Part shown: in pieces, positions 62,380-64,000 of the stretch
How positions within the stretch are numbered: position 1 is the stretch's first letter
How the letters are laid out: every line of letters begins with the position of its first letter
Source: an uncultured Chloroflexia bacterium
Lineage (GTDB): Bacteria > Chloroflexota > Chloroflexia > Thermomicrobiales > JALYUS01
NCBI GenBank assembly: GCA_963847195.1
Contig: CAWJZC010000003.1
Location: 55,968 to 119,967 of the forward strand
Length of the DNA stretch: 64,000 nt
Direction of reading: 5' to 3'
The notes under the pieces: model-generated
What the model was told of the DNA's origin: nothing
What the model saw: only the letters and a program-made list of their open reading frames with translations
Database searches by the model: none
Translations under genes and position numbers: made by a program

Positions 62380-62499
62380 GAGTGCTGAGTGCTGAGTGCT
62401 GAGAAAGGATAAGACGATTGAGCAATATGCCGAATGCCAGGAGTGCGCAGGGGGCGGGTCTCTCCCCACCCAGCACTCAGCCCTCAGCACTCAGCACTC
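62380..62499. repeat. Heptamer-armed hairpin (GAGTGCT / AGCACTC type) with a 67-nt loop
   Basis: GAGTGCTGAGTGCTGAGTGCTGAG (62380-62403) and CAGCACTCAGCCCTCAGCACTCAGCACTC (62471-62499). The loop holds the first candidate start codons of the next gene. Confidence 0.9.
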
Positions 62500-63533
62500 T
62501 TTCCCGTTCCGGCCCGACCTGGGCCGAGGCCGACCTCGACCGCGCGTGGGATGCGATGGCGCACGCCACGCATGTCCTGATCCCCACGCACGTCAATACG
62601 GACGGCGACGGTATCTCGTCATCGCTGGCGATGGCGGAGATTGTGCGCGTCGCGAACCCGGCGGCGCGGGTGACGACCTGCATCCCGGACGGCAAACTGC
62701 CGCCGATGCTCGATTTCATCCCCGGCGTGCAGACGATGGCCCGCTACACGGGGCTGCCGCTGCCGCTCGATGATGTTGACCTGATTATCGCGCCCGATGT
62801 GCCGGAAGTGCGCCGGTTCGGGCCGCTCTACGAGGCGTATCAATCCCTTTTCTCCGGCACGCCGGTCATCATCATCGATCACCATGTGCCGCGCGGCGAG
62901 GAACCGGCGATCGCGCGCTTCATCGACACGAGCGTCATCGCCGTCGATTCGCTGATCGTGCGCCTCTGCGGGCAGTGGGGCGTGCCGATCACCCCGCTTC
63001 TCGGGACGCTGCTCCTCATTGGCATCAGTTCGGACAGCAGTTCGTTCATGCGCGTGGAGGGGAATGGCGCGCCGACTTTTCGGATGCTCGCCGACCTCTG
63101 CGAGGCGGGCGCGGACTACGCCGGGGTGATGGATGGCCTGCGGCGCAGCAAGACGCCGGGGATGGTGGCCGTCTGGGGCGCGCTGCTCGCCCGCGCGACC
63201 TGGGTGCAGCACGTCCTCTGGACGGAGGTGACGCCGGGTCTGCTCGTCGAGTTGGGCGCGGACGAATCGGCGGGCGAGGGAGTTGTCAACTGGATCGTCG
63301 GCACGCGCGGCGTCGGTGCGGCGGCGATCTTCTATCAAGGGCAGGAGAGTTGGCGCGCCAGCCTCCGTTCGACGACGCCCGCCGTCGATGTCGCTGCCTT
63401 CGCTCGACGCTACGGCGGCGGCGGGCATGTCATGGCGAGCGGTTGCACCTTCGCGGGCGGCATCCCCGAGCGCGACGCCTTCCTTGCCGCCCTTGTCGAC
63501 TATACCGAAGCGGGTCTCGCGCGGCGTAGATAG
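62418..63533 (+). CDS. nrnA: DHH/DHHA1-family phosphoesterase (NrnA-like oligoribonuclease / pAp phosphatase)
   Basis: VLIPTHVNTDGDGISSSLAM (DHH motifs I-II), IIIDHH, and the DHHA1 motif GGGHVMASGCTF. The start is uncertain: TTG 62418 and ATG 62427 lie in the hairpin loop, and ATG 62559 is a later option. Confidence 0.75.
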   Translation: MSNMPNARSAQGAGLSPPSTQPSALSTLSRSGPTWAEADLDRAWDAMAHATHVLIPTHVNTDGDGISSSLAMAEIVRVANPAARVTTCIPDGKLPPMLDFIPGVQTMARYTGLPLPLDDVDLIIAPDVPEVRRFGPLYEAYQSLFSGTPVIIIDHHVPRGEEPAIARFIDTSVIAVDSLIVRLCGQWGVPITPLLGTLLLIGISSDSSSFMRVEGNGAPTFRMLADLCEAGADYAGVMDGLRRSKTPGMVAVWGALLARATWVQHVLWTEVTPGLLVELGADESAGEGVVNWIVGTRGVGAAAIFYQGQESWRASLRSTTPAVDVAAFARRYGGGGHVMASGCTFAGGIPERDAFLAALVDYTEAGLARRR

Positions 63534-63666
63534 CCGGTGGTGGCGGGCCTTCGCCTGCCTCTCCCGCGTCGTGCGCGGTTCCGCACCGAAGTCAGGCGAG
63601 GATAATGCATCATCTACGTACGTCGTGTACACTACCCATGCGGCGATGAGACGAACGAGAGGGCGC

Positions 63667-64000
63667 ATGAAACGGCGAGTGCAAACAATCGCGGGATTGA
63701 CCATCGTGCTGCTGCTCGTTGCGTGCGGGGGAAACGGCGGGAGCGGCAACGCGGATAAGACGGCGACGGCGCGCACCACTGATGCCAACGACGCCGCGAC
63801 GGTGACCGCCTTCGCCGGTAGCCGGGCGAGCGGTGCGGGCACGGCCACCGGTGCGACGCCCGGCACAGCATCCGGCGCGGGGACGCGCGTAGCGGGCAAA
63901 TCGGGCGGGTTCAAATTCGCCACGCTCGCTCCCGGCGGGGCGGCGAGCGGCGGGCAGGCTGCGGCGGGCACACCGCGCGGCACCGCCGCGAATACCGGCG
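63667..64000 (+). CDS. Putative lipoprotein (3' cut by window edge)
   Basis: ATG 63667. MKRRVQTIAGLTIVLLLVACGG has a signal peptide plus lipobox, followed by a low-complexity Ala/Gly/Thr region that stays open to the window end. Confidence 0.5.
   Translation, partial: MKRRVQTIAGLTIVLLLVACGGNGGSGNADKTATARTTDANDAATVTAFAGSRASGAGTATGATPGTASGAGTRVAGKSGGFKFATLAPGGAASGGQAAAGTPRGTAANTG

Overview
High-GC bacterial chromosomal segment (roughly two-thirds G+C by eye). Gene content and repeat style are reminiscent of Chloroflexota, but that is an impression only. I can support about 60 protein genes. They include a 5'-partial SNF2 helicase plus SWIM protein, and a TPP-riboswitch-led thiamine operon (AIR-synthase-like gene, thiE, thiD, tenA). 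There are NitT/TauT-type and Liv-type ABC transporters, rpoD, a sortilin/BNR protein, DAHP synthase, trpC-trpF, pepF, holA, rpsT, murJ and lepA. Also present are a stand-alone TIR-STAND-TPR protein, an AhpD-like gene with an in-frame TGA at the second Cys of its CxxC motif (selenoprotein candidate), and a nusA-ylxR-infB-rbfA-nrnA operon. I saw no rRNA, tRNA or CRISPR array. Two pervasive non-genic signals stand out. (1) Several families of palindromic intergenic repeats often overlap gene ends or fuse neighbouring ORFs: heptamer arrays carrying stop triplets in all frames, CACAGAG-type long palindromes, and C/G-run hairpins. (2) About 45 apparent single-base frameshifts are concentrated in 19 genes between 0.5 and 48.3 kb, including essential genes, against none in the last 15.7 kb. 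These are most plausibly sequence-quality indels. The 'pseudogene' labels below therefore mean only 'reading frame broken in this sequence'. All product calls rest on my recognition of motifs in the supplied translations; no database search was run.
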